NCBI GenBank assembly: GCA_002633005.1
Contig: NMRA01000613.1
Coordinates: forward strand, 1-64,000
Direction of reading: 5' to 3'
Length of the DNA: 64,000 nucleotides
Source: Phoronis australis
Lineage: Eukaryota; Animalia; Phoronida
The position numbers and the translations under genes are program-made. Shown here one piece after another: positions 12,861-26,841 of the stretch; position 1 is the stretch's first letter; every line of letters begins with the position of its first letter. Under the pieces are notes generated by a model, which saw only the letters and a program-made list of their open reading frames with translations, had not been told where the DNA came from and searched no databases.

Positions 12861-13969
12861 ATAAGTTCGGTCGTCGTTTGCTTTTGTTTACAAGTCAGTC
12901 AACATGCCACGCTGTTGCTGCGTGCCGGGATGTACTCATTATCATCTCACACGCGTTTTGGGTACCTTGCGTCGATTTCCGAAGGATGACACACTTCGCC
13001 GTACTTGGCTAGCTCGTTCATGTGAAGAACGCAACGCTACCCGTCCACGCAACGTACAAAGCAGTGGAGGGTTACCGAGTGTGTGGCATGTGATTTCTGC
13101 CGTCAGATTACGACAGAGATATGTACGCTGAATTGATGAAGGTCCCTGCGAAACAACGCCTGCAGAAGGGTACCATACCGTCGCTGTTGATTCCCGGCAG
13201 TGCCCCGTCGCTAACCCCGAGAAGTGCGTTTTTGAAGCGAGAAGCCTCACGAGCTGTGGCCACTATATACAGTGATTGGAAGCACTTCATCTACTGTCAC
13301 CCGTGCCTCCGAACGTACCCCATTGCGTGCAATTGCGGGAACTAGCAGTGATTCGCCCTGTGCTGTTGTCTCTAGCCCAGAGCCTGTAAGCAGCCCTGCA
13401 GCGATGTTGAGTAGAAAGAATGAATACAGGTTTAGTTCGACATCCAGTAAAGAGGACAGTTCCTCATCCAATGAACAGATCGGCAAGCCTAAGTTTGATA
13501 AGTGTATTGTGGACTTGTATTGGAGCTATTTGGAAGGTGCCAGGTGTGTGGCGAGGGAGTCACACGGCGGGATGTAAGCAGTTTGGGTGCTCAGATCACC
13601 CTCCAGTGGGAGTGTGTCGCGGGACACTCGGGCAAGTGGGACAGTTTCTCCTCTGTACGTGAGACGACAATGAGTACACCCCAGTACGCAGCAACAGCGT
13701 GGCATGTTGACTGACTCGTAAGCAAAAGCAAACGACGACCTAATTTATCACAACCGACGTAGAACAATGACTGACTCGATTGCTCTCACAGTCAGACTAT
13801 ATGAAAAGAAATTTGCGCAAAATTTTTGCCTCCCAAAACGTCACTTCCGGAGTAGACGACGAGTAATTAATTAAATTACGAAAAGCAGTAAATAAGTGAA
13901 AAATATGTCTGGGATAATCAACGAACCTTATTTTTGCTAAAAATGACATGAAAAAGGTTGCCTTCGCCT
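12861..13969 (+). mobile_element. Degenerate THAP-domain DNA transposon, probably Kolobok type
   Basis: MPRCCCVPGC...RFPKDDTLRRTWL...RVC...F...RLQKGTIPSL is a disrupted THAP C2CH finger. It is followed by LLELFGRCQVCG...ITLQWECVAGHSGKWDS. The right end reads ...CCT followed by TTAA (13970-13973). The left end falls in the gap. Confidence 0.7.
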
Positions 13970-14500
13970 TTAAGGCGGTTAAGCTGCCTGACGAATTTAT
14001 TTTATTTTCAACTATGTTACCAAGCCAGAGTTCGGAAAAATCTCACTGTCAGTAGAATATTTGATACTCAGAAATTAAAAATACTCGATAATTACTTTCG
14101 TCAAACTTTGGAAAGAAGAAAACGTTTATTGTGTAGTTAGTCTCCCCTTAGCTCCACACGTATGGAGGGTAACTACAGTAAAACAAACACTACTACATGC
14201 TCTCATAGTGCACAGGCATTCATTGCAGCAAGTTTCTTTTTCAAGACTACAGTTCTCTTTGTGTTCTCACGAGCTGGAATATTTATACTTCGTGCACAGT
14301 TCTTTGTACGCCCATTCGATACACTATTCGTCATTTTCCGAACGACGTTTATCGTCAGTGTATAAGTAGTATACGTAGCTACATACATGGTAACCTCAAA
14401 TAGACGAATGAGCATGGTTAGTTGGCGTTTTGTGGCCATAATGATCTGGATGATGTTGCAAACTCTCGAGCCGTAAAGAGAAAAATAAAACGGTACTTAC

Positions 14501-14872
14501 AGTCCATAACAAGCTGGCTAACCGAAGATTTAATGAAGCCGCCAGAAATGGACACCTCCACAATGTACTGGCCTTCATCATCAGGTGTAACTTGATACAA
14601 AGTGATGGTGAAGTTAGTTTTTCCAAACGAGTAGTCAGTAGAAGCACGAAATGCATAGTCACCGAAAAACATTCCATCAATATTAGACGTACTGGGTGGT
14701 ACAACGTAGGGAGCTTCAAACACACCAGTCACGGTTTTGACTTTCCGAAGTAAAACCTTGCGAAAGACTTCACCACTCCCCAATGCATAACGTATCCTGA
14801 ACGTAGCGTTTCCACCCTTAATACCTATGATTTCACTAGGTGTAGTCACAGTAAGGGCAGAAACAGTGATAT
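14501..14872 (-). CDS. Ig receptor copy A, V-type Ig exon (no canonical Cys pair)
   Basis: TTTTCCAG acceptor and GTAAG donor, phase 1-1, 372 nt. Encodes GGNATFRIRY...NFTITLYQVTPDDEGQYIVEV with the V-set E/F-strand D-x-G-x-Y motif. Confidence 0.9.
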
Positions 14873-14971
14873 CTGGAAAACCATGAAAATTTTATATTCA
14901 GTGGCAGAACTGAGAAGACACAGATCCAGTAAAGGATACTTTGTGAAAATGTGATCTAAAGCAACCATTGC

Positions 14972-15412
14972 ACATCCATTGTCGCGCTACTGTCACACTC
15001 ATGCACTGAGTCAACCCATTCATTACATATCCATAGTCACCCTACTGTCACACCCATACACTGAGCCAACCCATTCATTACATATCCATAGTCACCCTAT
15101 TGTCACACTCATGCACTGAGCCAACTCATTCATTACATATCCATAGTTACTCTACTGTCACACTCATACACTGAGTCAACCCATTCATTACATATCCATA
15201 GTCACCCTATTGTCACACTCATGCACTGAGTCAACTCATTCATTACACATCCATAGTCACCCTATTGTCACACTCATGCACTGAGTCAACTCATTCATTA
15301 CATATCCATAGTTACCCTACTGTCACACTCATGCACTGAATCAACCCATTCATTACATATCCATAGTTACCCTATTGTCACACTCCCGCCCTGAGTCAAC
15401 CCTTTCATTACC
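14972..15412. repeat. 55-bp minisatellite, about 8 copies, in the intron of copy A between signal-peptide and V exons
   Basis: Unit CACTGAGTCAACCCATTCATTACATATCCATAGTCACCCTACTGTCACACTCATG is repeated head to tail with no spacers. Confidence 0.95.
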
Positions 15413-16123
15413 CACTGGCAAACATGGTATTCTTGCAAACATAACACAGGTAGTTTCCTCCTTATAAGGACACACTAGTTTATATTTTGAGTTATTGTTC
15501 GTTTCGCCATCCATACATTATCTGAGTAATCTTGGGTTATTGTTGAATGGTATGGACTTTTTAAAGTAATTAAGAGCTTTGACCATAACTATAAAAGAAC
15601 AAAAGTTGTTGCGTACGTGTTAGTGAATTTGATACAAATCTCAAATTCTGGTCTGCCTCACATTTGCTGAAATCAAGGCCGGCGTTTTGGCCACTCAATT
15701 TTAAAATAGTCGGCGATATAATGAGTGAGGTTTGGCTCAGCGGCAGAGCTTTCGGTTGCTAATGTTAATACATGTAAGTTTGATTTGACTTTTGATTTAA
15801 GTCCCATATATTGTTCCCTACTCTTAACAACTGCGATATTTTCAAGTTGGAATTTTGAGCTTGGCAACCCCACAAACAGTGATCAGTGATAGTTTTAGGT
15901 TATTGTGATATGAATTGTTTGTTTCTAATATGACTGCGCCATCAAAATTATATTTAGAAGACTTCATGAGTTTATAGTTGACCGTCTGATCAATGCACTG
16001 GCAGGCAAATGGCAAACTGTGGCTTTTATACGCTGTATACGAAAGACTGTAACAGAATAGATATATCTATGGTCACAACAAAGCAGCAGAGAGTATTGTA
16101 TCTATACTCAAAATAATACTGAC

Positions 16124-16187
16124 CTTTCAAGGAGACTGTTACAACTAGGAAGAAGATGGTCAACGACAGAGTTGTCACGTGATTCAT
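16124..16187 (-). CDS. Ig receptor copy A, signal-peptide exon
   Basis: ATG at 16187 gives MNHVTTLSLTIFFLVVTVSLK, then a GTCAG donor. 64 nt, phase 1, same length as in B and C. Confidence 0.85.
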
Positions 16188-18680
16188 AGCCGTTAAACGG
16201 TGTTGTGGTCTGAGTACAATACGTTCTATTCTGTGTACGCATATGCACAGAGCCCATACATCGTGACCTGAACAGAAGAACAGTGTCGTTAACTTTGACG
16301 TCAGAATTGTTGATAATTGAAATTATTCTCTGTATTACAAACGAGTGTAGCTAGCCACGTTCTCGCCAACTCTGTAAGTCTCATTTCGGTTTTCAGTCAA
16401 TGTTCAACATCCTCCCCCGTCTGTACAAACCTCTTGCCACAGCGCCTAAGCGATGGATTCTCCGGCTCCAATCCCTCCCCTCAACCAAGGTTATCTCCAA
16501 AGTTTTATTGATTAACCAGTCGCCGTCTTACAGAATCAATAAACAGAACTGTCCCAGGTGAGACTGTCGTGCCTCAACTTCCGGTGTGCGACCACTCCAC
16601 TGCAGATGACTTTCCAGTTAGGATGATGAATTCGCATAAGTATGTCCCTTATGGTCCGACAACGACGACTAAGCAACAAAAACGCACACACACACACACT
16701 GGCACATTGTAGTATTAGAAATTTCTTATCACCGAGTCTATAGTCTGATGTTTCATAATGGACTTAATTCATTTGTTCCATGCCTTGAAACTTTGCTAAT
16801 CCAAACGATCGCAAAATTCAGTTTTTAGAAGAAATTCACTACCGGCCAAGTGAAGCAATCCACGCGAGTGAATTATTCGCACCGAATAGCCGGCATGTGA
16901 AACGGTTCATTTAATCATACAATTCGGCAGTCCACCACAAGTCCATGAAGGTTCCTGAAGTGAAAAATGGCCCCGTGACGAAAATCCCCCGAGTTACCGT
17001 GTTAGCGAGCGTAGGTCAAAATGACGAGTGGATCTGTGTGTGAAGTAGGCCTGTCATTTATACCTAATCTCAGGTAAGTTTCGTGAATCATTGAGACGAT
17101 TAAACAACGTAAAACGCTGATTAATTGTTACTCTAAGTGACCTGATACAATGTATGATTGAGCCGGCCTGTTGCAGCCATATTAGTAACTTGCATACAAT
17201 GTATACAGTGTTGTGATCAAAAGCTCGCTTACCTTCTAAACAGTTACTTGCTCACAGCACTCAAGGCGGTGCTTTCTCCCTCAAGTAGCAATGAGCACTA
17301 TCAGCGTTAGAATTAGGCTCTTCGGGACCTTTAAGCTATAACACATGAAGATTTTCTGATGACACCAGGAAAACCTCCGCACGGCCAAGGTCGACAATGC
17401 TGTTGAGAAATATAGTCAGAAATTCCGGCGCAATTGGCCACGAGAGAGTTGACGAATTGACTTCCAGCTTATCAAAGGTAAAGTATAAAGTTGAAGTAAG
17501 AACGAAATTTATATTTTTTGTAAAGTTCGAGCTTTGAAACATCTACTCGTATGTATTTTTATTGGAAAATTTACTGCCAATTTTTGCAGAAATTTTGAGT
17601 TAGTGTTTGGGCAAGCTAATTTACGAAGATCACACTGTTCGCGGTTTGAAATGCTGGGCAAGTTTTTACAAGTTAAAAGGATACTAAACTCTGTTTTGAA
17701 CAGAAACTGAACTTACATTGAGGTGTAGGCAGGGCCTTAATAAAATCTCCAAATTTGACTAATCGGATCGTCATATCTCACAAAGGGATGTTCAAATTCT
17801 TAAATCACTTTTAGGTACGTCACGCAATGCGAGGAATACTGTTTTTTTTAGCTGCTTCATTGTACAGGAGGTCCATCAAAAATAGAGCTTGTATGACTTT
17901 CATGAACGAAACTCCAAATTTGCATATAACAGAATGATAATTTAAAAAATGTTAACAACATTTATATCAAATAAAACTCAGGTATTGACACCGTTGTTTT
18001 CCTATCGATGTGCATTCCTTTTTCCCCAAATTTTACTAAAGAGACAAAGCCAGTTGATTCTAATTAACGAGCAAGTAGTAAAATGTCAAAAACCAAACTC
18101 TATGGGCTTCCTACTTTCAAAAATATATGCTCTTACTGAGTTGAAGTCTAGCTTTACGGATGATTTTTTTCTAAATACTGAGTACACAGACTTGTGATAA
18201 AACCATCGTTAACCTTAAAGAAATGACGCGGTATATAGGGTAGTTCTCATAACGATCGAGAAACCTTTCAACATCGCCGTCACCACAGTCTTCGATCGAA
18301 ACAGCCACATGAGAAAATTTTAAGACACCGAGGCAAGGCCTTGAAGGGCCCCCTCGAGACGTAACGGCTGAACTGAGCAATATTCATTTAGTCAGTTATG
18401 TCTGTCGCTCATTACATATAGCAGAGATGGACTATATGTTGATATCAAATTTCAAGGAAAAACGTAAGATAAGACTAATCAAATTTGAAGGATGATTGTG
18501 ATCCAAGATGCCCTCATCATGTGACGTGTTCTTAATATTTGTTTTGACTCAGATCGCTGTAGCGAGAGCATACCCAACATGACAACATGGCGGATAGTTT
18601 TGTCAGCCAAATGGGTAGGCTCCGAAAGTAAAACACTAGAGAGATGTGCTTTAACAGGCATTATTGGTGTTTGGACACAC

Positions 18681-20039
18681 CGTAGCCTACAAAGTTCGGC
18701 AGGGGCCAATAAGGTCCGTAGCAGGAGTTTGGGATCTGTTCGGAGATAAATTCGAAGTATTTTTCCGTGAGATACAGGCAGGAGAACATAGATCTGTTTT
18801 GTTTAGACTTGTGATTTTTTGAGTTCTAAACACACAAAACGCTTGTTATCAGGCCACTGGCTCCAGTCGGAGCCCGATCAGGCCCGTCGCGGCCGGCCGG
18901 GACTGACTCGTTATCCCGGCCAGTGGCACGAAAGCCGATCAGACATCAAGAACATAAACCATCCAAAGTTGGAAACTAAACTTCCAGTCAAGAAATACAA
19001 GTGAGAAAAAGAAGTAAAGAGCACGTGATTATGATGGTGAATTAGCCACTAAACTGCAAATCTACTTACTCGTTGGGCGGCCTCGAATTCAGGTTCCGCT
19101 TTGGCCACAGAACCGTCACGGCAGAAGATGTACATTGACAATCATTATTTGAATAATGTAAATGTAAATAAAGATTCCCCTAACGCCTGGCCGTGGGATA
19201 GAAGTCAAGGTGTTTCACAACAGTTCCTGTCAGCAAACACTGAATTAGTACGAGCTCACACGGCCTCGGTGTCCCGTCAATTAGTTTTATTGCACTGAAA
19301 GCCGGTAACGCAGTGATATATTCATTGCTGGCTTCTCAAATCATTTGCACTCACGAACACTCCAAAGGCATTACAAATTGCATCTAATAAGACAGACTTA
19401 GTTTCAGTTTTATATAAGCATTGGTAAGACTGACAACAATTCATTTTGAAACAGAACGCTCAGTAATAAACGTCAACACTGCAACTCGCAATTCCGACTT
19501 AGACGAGAGCTCCTCCCAACGAAGACTTCGCAGGTGGATCCTTAAGTTCCACAGGCTATCAGTTCGAACAGGAATACAGTGATGAAGAAATACTAGAGAA
19601 GCGCCGTGAACAAGCTCAGACAAAGTAACGTATGGATAGTTAATTAGTAAGCCGGCATTCGTCAGGCACTGTTCTGCGACGTTTGCAGGCTACAGACACG
19701 GAGATGTCTCACGGCCTCATACGTGCTATTTACGGCGTACTTCTAACTCTTCACTACCGCGAGCCACTTCCTAAGCATTTCGGACTCTCGAAGAAGTCGA
19801 AAAACGATATGTCCGCTTTCCTCGCAGCTGTATAGTTCGGACAAGCAGGAACGATGCACCGCAACATAGTGGCATTAACTCTGCAAATGAACCACTGACG
19901 TCGCTGCGTCGTTTCTCACCTTCCTCACAGGTTAACGGGACACCTCTCGGTACAGTAAGGTCGATCGTGTGCAAGGCAACGTGGATATAGACCGATTAAG
20001 ACGTCAAAAAAGACAAATTAAATCGGGTGGCATTCTCCT
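18681..20039. mobile_element. Non-autonomous Kolobok-like element, left-truncated copy
   Basis: Collinear with 58870-60171. The right terminus is GGGTGGCATTCTCCT followed by TTAA. It carries a decayed THAP fragment on the minus strand (CIVPACPNY..ARKADISFF). Confidence 0.75.
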
Positions 20040-20929
20040 TTAATGATACACGGCAACATATCGGGTAACCTAAAAATCTAGCCGAAATAACGCGTTCTCA
20101 TTTAAAATACACGACAATACGTCAAGTAACCTCGCGAAGTTTTGCTTTTTAGAGGTCCTAGTAATACTGAACTCTACCACAGAACTATTTGTAACGTATT
20201 TAGACTTTACTGCAAAAGCTTATATAACTGTTGTAACTGTTCAGAAAATATTTTTTTGGTCCAAAGTACAGGGATGGATTAAAGAATTATGCCATGTATT
20301 GCTCAACTTTATTTGCAATCTTCTTTTGTGTCTTGGTAAACTTCATGTTTACAAACAAAAACTTAATGAGTCCAGGGGTCTGCGTCCTGAACTGTAATCC
20401 AACTTCAGTCGGAAATTGGGTCTTACGATTATTTCTGAAAACTGATTAAGTCTCAATATAGCAAAAGTGCAAAGACTATGAAAATAAACACATAACCGCT
20501 AAATTACTGAGACAGTTACTTATTTCGGCACTGTGGGCGCTCATAATTGTTTGACTAAACGTAGTTTCATTAACTTTGAAGTGGGCGAGAAAGATCAAAT
20601 TCTGACTAAATAGTTAGGTTCTGTGTATTTTAAATTTCTTCTTTTTGATTGACATTTCAAACCTCCTTTATTAGTGTATCGTCTGGCAAACAACTGCTCA
20701 CGTGACCTACAAATCAATTTCTCGTTGAATATAACGATCTCTAGGGAAGTCTACGTTCGTAATTCAGGGCAACGTGAGCGAAGTCTGGGTCGTAATTACG
20801 AGCGTAATCGCGGGCGAACAATTACGGTTTTAAAACATGAACGAAATCTCGGTCTTAGCAGTGTAATTACGGGTGAACGATTACGAGCGTAATTACGGGA
20901 GACAAGAGGCCACGATACCTGCCGACCAC

Positions 20930-23620
20930 GGTTACCAGTGCATTACAAAGGCTATATAACGTGGACTAATCTTCGACATCACACTAAAGGAAAAAAGGTC
21001 TCATTATGTAATACCAGAAATATAAAACTATCGTTGTTAAGTTGCAGGCATACTAATCGTGCTGAGGTCACTGCAACTACTGAACAAGGACATATTATCG
21101 ATCACAGACTCAGTGGTATTTATTTCATTTGGAGATATCCATATTGAGGTCAAATATTCTTACAATTTTATCCTTGAGTAAAAAAGTTTGCTCCTACACT
21201 TCTGTGTTTTAAATATTCAAGGTAGAGAATCGGATCAGATGTAAGCAAACAACTCAAATTGTCCGTTTTTTCAACTTTCGACATAACACAACTTCGGCTT
21301 AATACAGATGTATGTTCATTACATATGCGTCGTAGTTTGACAGAACTTCTTATACAACCTCCCCCAGCCTCCACCATTTCAAATTAGCAGCTCTGTTTAT
21401 GGACCCGTAAAGCGACATTTCAAATCAGTGCCATAGCTGATGTTAACAATGGATTTTGCGAAAGCAGCAATTCGGTTCAATTTTGATACCATTGGCCCTC
21501 GTATCGCCAAAATACATCGCTTTTCCTAACAGGGTTGCACCGATTGCAAACAAGTGCGCGTGCGCAGCGTACTTTGAGGCAGCCTATCACAGACGAATGC
21601 TCCTCCCACTGACTCAAAAATATGCTATGATGGAGCATACATACATGTATGTAGAAGGATTTACCTGTGAAGAAAAGCCTTGAACTAAGTGGGAACGGAT
21701 CATCTAAACCATTAAAATAAGAATGACCTAGAAGGGTTGAGCAACTGGTTAAAATAAATACAAAGTTTGAAAAGAGTACCTTGTGATTGGAAAGGGGATG
21801 ATTTCTTTGATCATAAAATCCAACAGTAAAAAGAAAATGTTCTGGGATTTTTAAATTTGGTATTGATTTTCATCATTGATTTTTCAAAAATACTCGGTTT
21901 GGTAAGGTCAAAAAAGATTATCTGGTTCTTGTCTGCATAAGACTGCTTTGAAAATTGATGCGGTGATCCGAAACTTTTAAAATATTTTTTTCAAAAACAA
22001 AAAATTACATTATTTCAGGTTTCTTTGGTAATGCCTTTTCACCTGAATGCAATGCGTGTTAGTAAATCCTTACCATGTACTTTTACAGAAGGGTTTTTTG
22101 GCTATTTTTCAAAAAATGTATATCGTTTTAGCCTTTGATTCTTCACTGAAATTCAAAGTCGTAATTTGATGACCCTATAACGCTGTATAGCAAACTAGAA
22201 TGGAAGCTGACTCCAAAGAACCCAGAGTAGCCTGTAAAAGCTTTGGTCAGTTTTTACACCACTAGACAATGTTCACAATAGGCTAAGTGGCTATATTGTT
22301 TCAGCTATACTTAGGTATAATTACACAATGGTAGGTCACACAAGGTCAGTTTTTAGGAAATGACACTGTATGAAGTCTAATACAAAATAAATTTCAACCA
22401 AGTACCAGTGTTAAATTACCTCTTAATGGTATGGGATTATTGTGGGAAGGGATAGACTTTTGAAGTTATCGACTTTAACTACAACAAAAACAACAAAATC
22501 CGTTGTGTTTCAACTTAACGGGCAAAATTCTGCTCGGCAGCAAACCGATGAACCTGATGAAACGCCTATGGGCATTTATTCGGAAAATTATGTCGAATAA
22601 GCGTCCATGGGCGTTGCAACTTCTGATGTCGAGTGCTCAGATAGTGGGGCGCTTATTCGAAAAATGTCCTCTTAAAAGTCCACTTAGCGTCAACTCTTAG
22701 CCACAAATTCAGTTTTGTGGAGCATTTATCATTTATAAAAACGAACAAGGTGTTGGCGAACTATGTATTTATTAACATAAAATTAAAAAACACAGCTTAT
22801 GCATTCATGTTGTCACTGTCTTTCCGTTTACACGCCCCCTTCATTTCCGAAAAATACCCGAGCGTTTATTTGGTGTTTCTGAAATGTGTGAAAATTTTCA
22901 TTTTCCCAGTACACGCCCACGGGCTTATCTACGGAAAACCCCCGATAGGAAGCTACAGGGAAGCTGCAGAGCCTATGTTTTGTATCAATAAACGTATCGT
23001 GTTAAGGAACAAGTTCAAACAAGTGATATTTCAACACTTATCACCTCATAATTTTACAAAATTATGAATATGTACGTATTTTACGTACTTCAAAGGTACG
23101 TTGCTCATAGCATTTATCACCAGAGATCTACGAAAGAGAATAATCAAACATTTTGAATCCACGCCCATTTCGTATAGTATTGTGTACCAAGTGAGTTCCT
23201 AAACCGCTTTGAGGTGGAGCCTTTTTTAGAGTATTTCTTGCATACAGTCCTATTTTCTAGTGGCTTTCACGTTTAATCATTAATAAAAATTCACCTCATT
23301 CACAGACGGTTTGATCATTGACTTTCTTTTCCCCCATCTGATTTTGGTTTGACGTTGGTCAGTCGTGGAACCAGGGTACGCGAGGTTGGATGTACCATTT
23401 TTACTTCAATATCCAGTTATGTATGAAGGCACATACTTTTTGGATTGAACTTTCTAACGTTTCCTATCAACAACATTCACAGCATACTCATCTATTCTGA
23501 CAAGGATGGCAAATGCATCATTCTGACACACGTGTGATTTTTCAGAACACTACCGTTCATGCCAACGGCTATTCCAAGGATAACTGCAAAACTCCAGTAT
23601 TTAGTACAATATCTTTGCCG
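20930..23620. repeat. Duplicated upstream blocks Y/Z (paralogs at about 33880-36850 and 54530-57610)
   Basis: Shared strings such as GAGCAACTGGTT(A/T)AAATAAATACAAAGTTT (about 21740, 34601, 55267), GACAATGTTCACAATAGGC (about 22265, 36765, 55861) and CAAAGGTACGTTGCTCAT (about 23091, 57043). Boundaries are approximate. Confidence 0.8.
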
Positions 23621-24734
23621 ATGGGGTGGTTCGATCGAAGTTTGTTAAGTTATTAAACTAGAATGTGGTTGACTGTAAGACATACATGTAGTAGTAATGT
23701 TCAAAACTAATGGGTATTTAAAACAAATGTTCCTAACATATCAAAGATGGGAAATAAAAAATGCCACAAACATGCACGAAATGGAGACTCTAAATTATAC
23801 CACGGAGATATGGACAAAAACATTCCCAGTACAAAATACTGTGAAAAAGGAGGGTATGAGGTAGGAAAACAGGTTTTGAAACAGACCGTCTTGAAGACTA
23901 GTGAACCCTCCGAATGGAATAAATACGCAAAAGACAGCTGTGAATAAACAGATCACAGTGACGATATACACAGAAACAAGCAACTGCAGAATGATGGACG
24001 GAGGGAAATATTCCCCAGTAAATACATTTAATTGAAATTAGGGCAATATTTTCCTGATGCAGTAGTTCAAGCTACGTTTCATAAGTTAGAAAACTAGAAT
24101 GTGATTGAGATATTCATTGTAAGCCAAGGTAATAATGCACAAAGCAAACGGGATAATAACTATATAAAACTATTTTTTTCTAACATATCAAAAATTGGCG
24201 ACAAAAAACGCCACACATAGCGAAAATTAACTGTTCCTAAAAACATTTCAATAACCTTAAGGAGCCACACAGTTATTGGCTAACACTAGAGTACCCCAGG
24301 GAAACCCGGTAGCTATAGATCCATTGGGAATGATTTTTATTTGTCCATGTTTCAAGCAGCGTGTGTAGCTGTACACGACAAGCCAATTCAATAAATTATG
24401 TCGATCGTTACATGGAACATTTGAGAAAGATATGTTGTGATGCAGAGCTTCAAAAAATAAAAAGTCGCAATCTTGAACCAAATACTTTTGGTCAAACACT
24501 GTGGAAGCATGCAATATGACTTTACAATGCAATGTTAATCAAATGTCATCGAACGGTCAGCTGTGCCTTATCCACAAAACAGAACTTTGTTTCTGATACG
24601 CCTTTGGCACGAACGTCCAGCTTAATCCATAAATTATGCATGATTTCAAAATACTTGACACAACTAAACAAGTCAGTTGAAGGGATGCGTATTCTAACTC
24701 CCTCATTCGAGGTATTGCGTAAGTGCTACCTTCT

Positions 24735-25018
24735 CTAAGCAGGACTCGTCATAATCTCGTACTCGCTCGCGTTATCTTCTACACTTGCTCCATGCAGTTC
24801 GGTATACTCCCCAAGGGAATCTCCCTCCCTGTTTGCCAGTCCCTCGTAAACAGAAGCTTGTGTCACATTGATGTACGACACGTCCTCTGTTTGTTGATAG
24901 TCAGAAGCTTGTATGTCTGAGTAGGTGTCATCTTGAGTTTTATCGTCATCAACTCGCTCGTGTTCACCCGTCTTCCTGACCTTTTCCAGTATAATTCCGT
25001 TTGGTCCAAGAGGTACAC
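24735..25018 (-). CDS. Ig receptor copy B, terminal exon: SAM C-terminal helix plus tyrosine-motif tail
   Basis: TTTTGACAG acceptor, then GVPLGPNGIILEKVRK...TYSDI..VSYINV..SVYEGL..EYTEL..EYEIMTSPA*. Confidence 0.85.
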
Positions 25019-26026
25019 CTGTCAAAATGTGTTATCTAAGTATTTAGTGAAGATTGTAAAATGTGAGGCTATATGGAAGCAATCTTAACAGTTGTTGGCA
25101 TAGGGCTTGACTCACAGAAGATACCACCTGTGGGCTAACTTGAACATTTTGCTACGCTTTGTTATGTACTTCGGAAGTCCAAGCCTGTCAGTTGTTAACG
25201 TGTACAGGTTTTAAACATTCACGCGTGCAAGCTTGACGCATTGACGCGCTAATCTATTCTTCAACGTATTAAAGTGCTGCCAATGTTAGCGTTACAATGT
25301 AACGCGACCATGAACGGGTTAGACTTGTACATTATCCGTACTCAAATACGCAAATTGAACTTAAAATGTATGCGTAAATATTATTCTGACAGAGGCAGTG
25401 GAACCCGTTACTGTTGGTGCCTTGTTAACATACTGTCGTGAGTAAGCTAATATTGCCCGAGACATAATAATGCAAGAGAAATGACTCCAGAGCATAAGCT
25501 GTGACTGAGCAGAACTCTCCTGATAACGGTGTTGTGAACGGATACTTTCAGTGACTGTTTTCAACCTGTTTGGTATATATTTCATTTCTGAATTAATCTT
25601 ATCAAACTGATGCCCTTATACATATCCAACTAACAGGGATGCACTCAGTATGATAAACTCATACTTATTTGAAGTGTACATTTTAGCTAACTGTCGTAAA
25701 TTTGAGCGTTTTGAATCTATTGAATTTGGGTCTCTCCTGTTATATATAAAAACTATAAATGACAGCACGTAAAACCAATGAGCTAAAACAACAGCTCATT
25801 GGTAAAAAAATCACGCCCTCAGTCTGATAAACTTTAAAAGCAGATCATTTCAAACTACCACAACCCTAAGTGACACCCAAGTGACACCCTAGGCACTTCT
25901 ATACAACCAACTAAAGTGTTTTCCGTAACATGCAAGCTTAGATTAACGCGCTCACGTGTAAAACCTGAACGCATTATCAACTGACGAGGTTGGTATTCCA
26001 TAATGCACTTCCTGACGAATGTTTAC

Positions 26027-26155
26027 CTGCTAGCCTCGATGCCAAATCTTCAATACTGAGCTTCCGTAGAGAGTTCGTTGTACCTTGCCCTCTTTCGAGT
26101 GCTGTCGTGTACACCTTCAGTCCAAGCGATTCAAGCAGGACCGTAACATCTTCAT
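26027..26155 (-). CDS. Ig receptor copy B, SAM-like domain exon
   Basis: Phase 1-1, 129 nt, AG/GTAAAC boundaries. Encodes DEDVTVLLESLGLKVYTTALERGQGTTNSLRKLSIEDLASRLA. Confidence 0.85.
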
Positions 26156-26798
26156 CTAAAATTGAAGTTTAATTTCAATAGCACAGTGAAAACATATCAG
26201 AGTTCATGTACTTTAAGGACAATGTTTCAGCTTAATTTTGGTATGAAACTTGGCTCAGTCGAACTAGAGAGCACCACCTCCTAAAATGGCCGCCGCAGTG
26301 AGTAACAGCTCACTCGTGTATCATTGGGAACTCACTGAGATGCCGCCATATGTAATTAGCGAAAAACTTTAAAACGTAGTAATAAAATAAGTCAAACACA
26401 AAGAGGGCTGAAAATTAGGAACTATTTATGATTTAGTGAATATCTTTCACCTGACAAAACTTGTCGTGTGTTATAGACATGGGTTATCCTACATACATAG
26501 GAATACTACTGCCGTATCCTATCTCGAATTCCGTGTGCTCCGGCTTGTTGTTATATGACGTCATATGTATGCCAAATACAGTACCCAAGATAGTTAAGAG
26601 GATTTTGGGAATATTAATTCTCCAAAATCTACTCGGGCTCTAGGATACGGGAGATATCAACTTCGCTTTGCAATAATCTATGTGAATATTGAGGAAAAGT
26701 GTCCTTAAATAAACAAGCTAATAAGCACACAAACAAGTAATAACTTAACAAGTCAACATACAAACAAAAATTTCGAAAATGTATAGTGTATCTCTTAC

Positions 26799-26841
26799 CA
26801 GTTAGCTCCCTGCAACCAGTACTTTTTAACTCCATATCGAC
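26799..26841 (-). CDS. Ig receptor copy B, cytoplasmic mini-exon
   Basis: TTTTAAG acceptor, VDMELKSTGCRELT, GTAAG donor. Phase 0-1. Confidence 0.75.

Noticed and set aside
12191-13012. Long ORFs of 273 and 226 aa
   Set aside because: They are artefacts of reading through the N gap.
14972-15412. CRISPR-like array (also considered for 36851-37167 and 46560-47825)
   Set aside because: Units are head-to-tail or separated by mutually related sequence rather than unique spacers. There are no cas genes and the context is eukaryotic.
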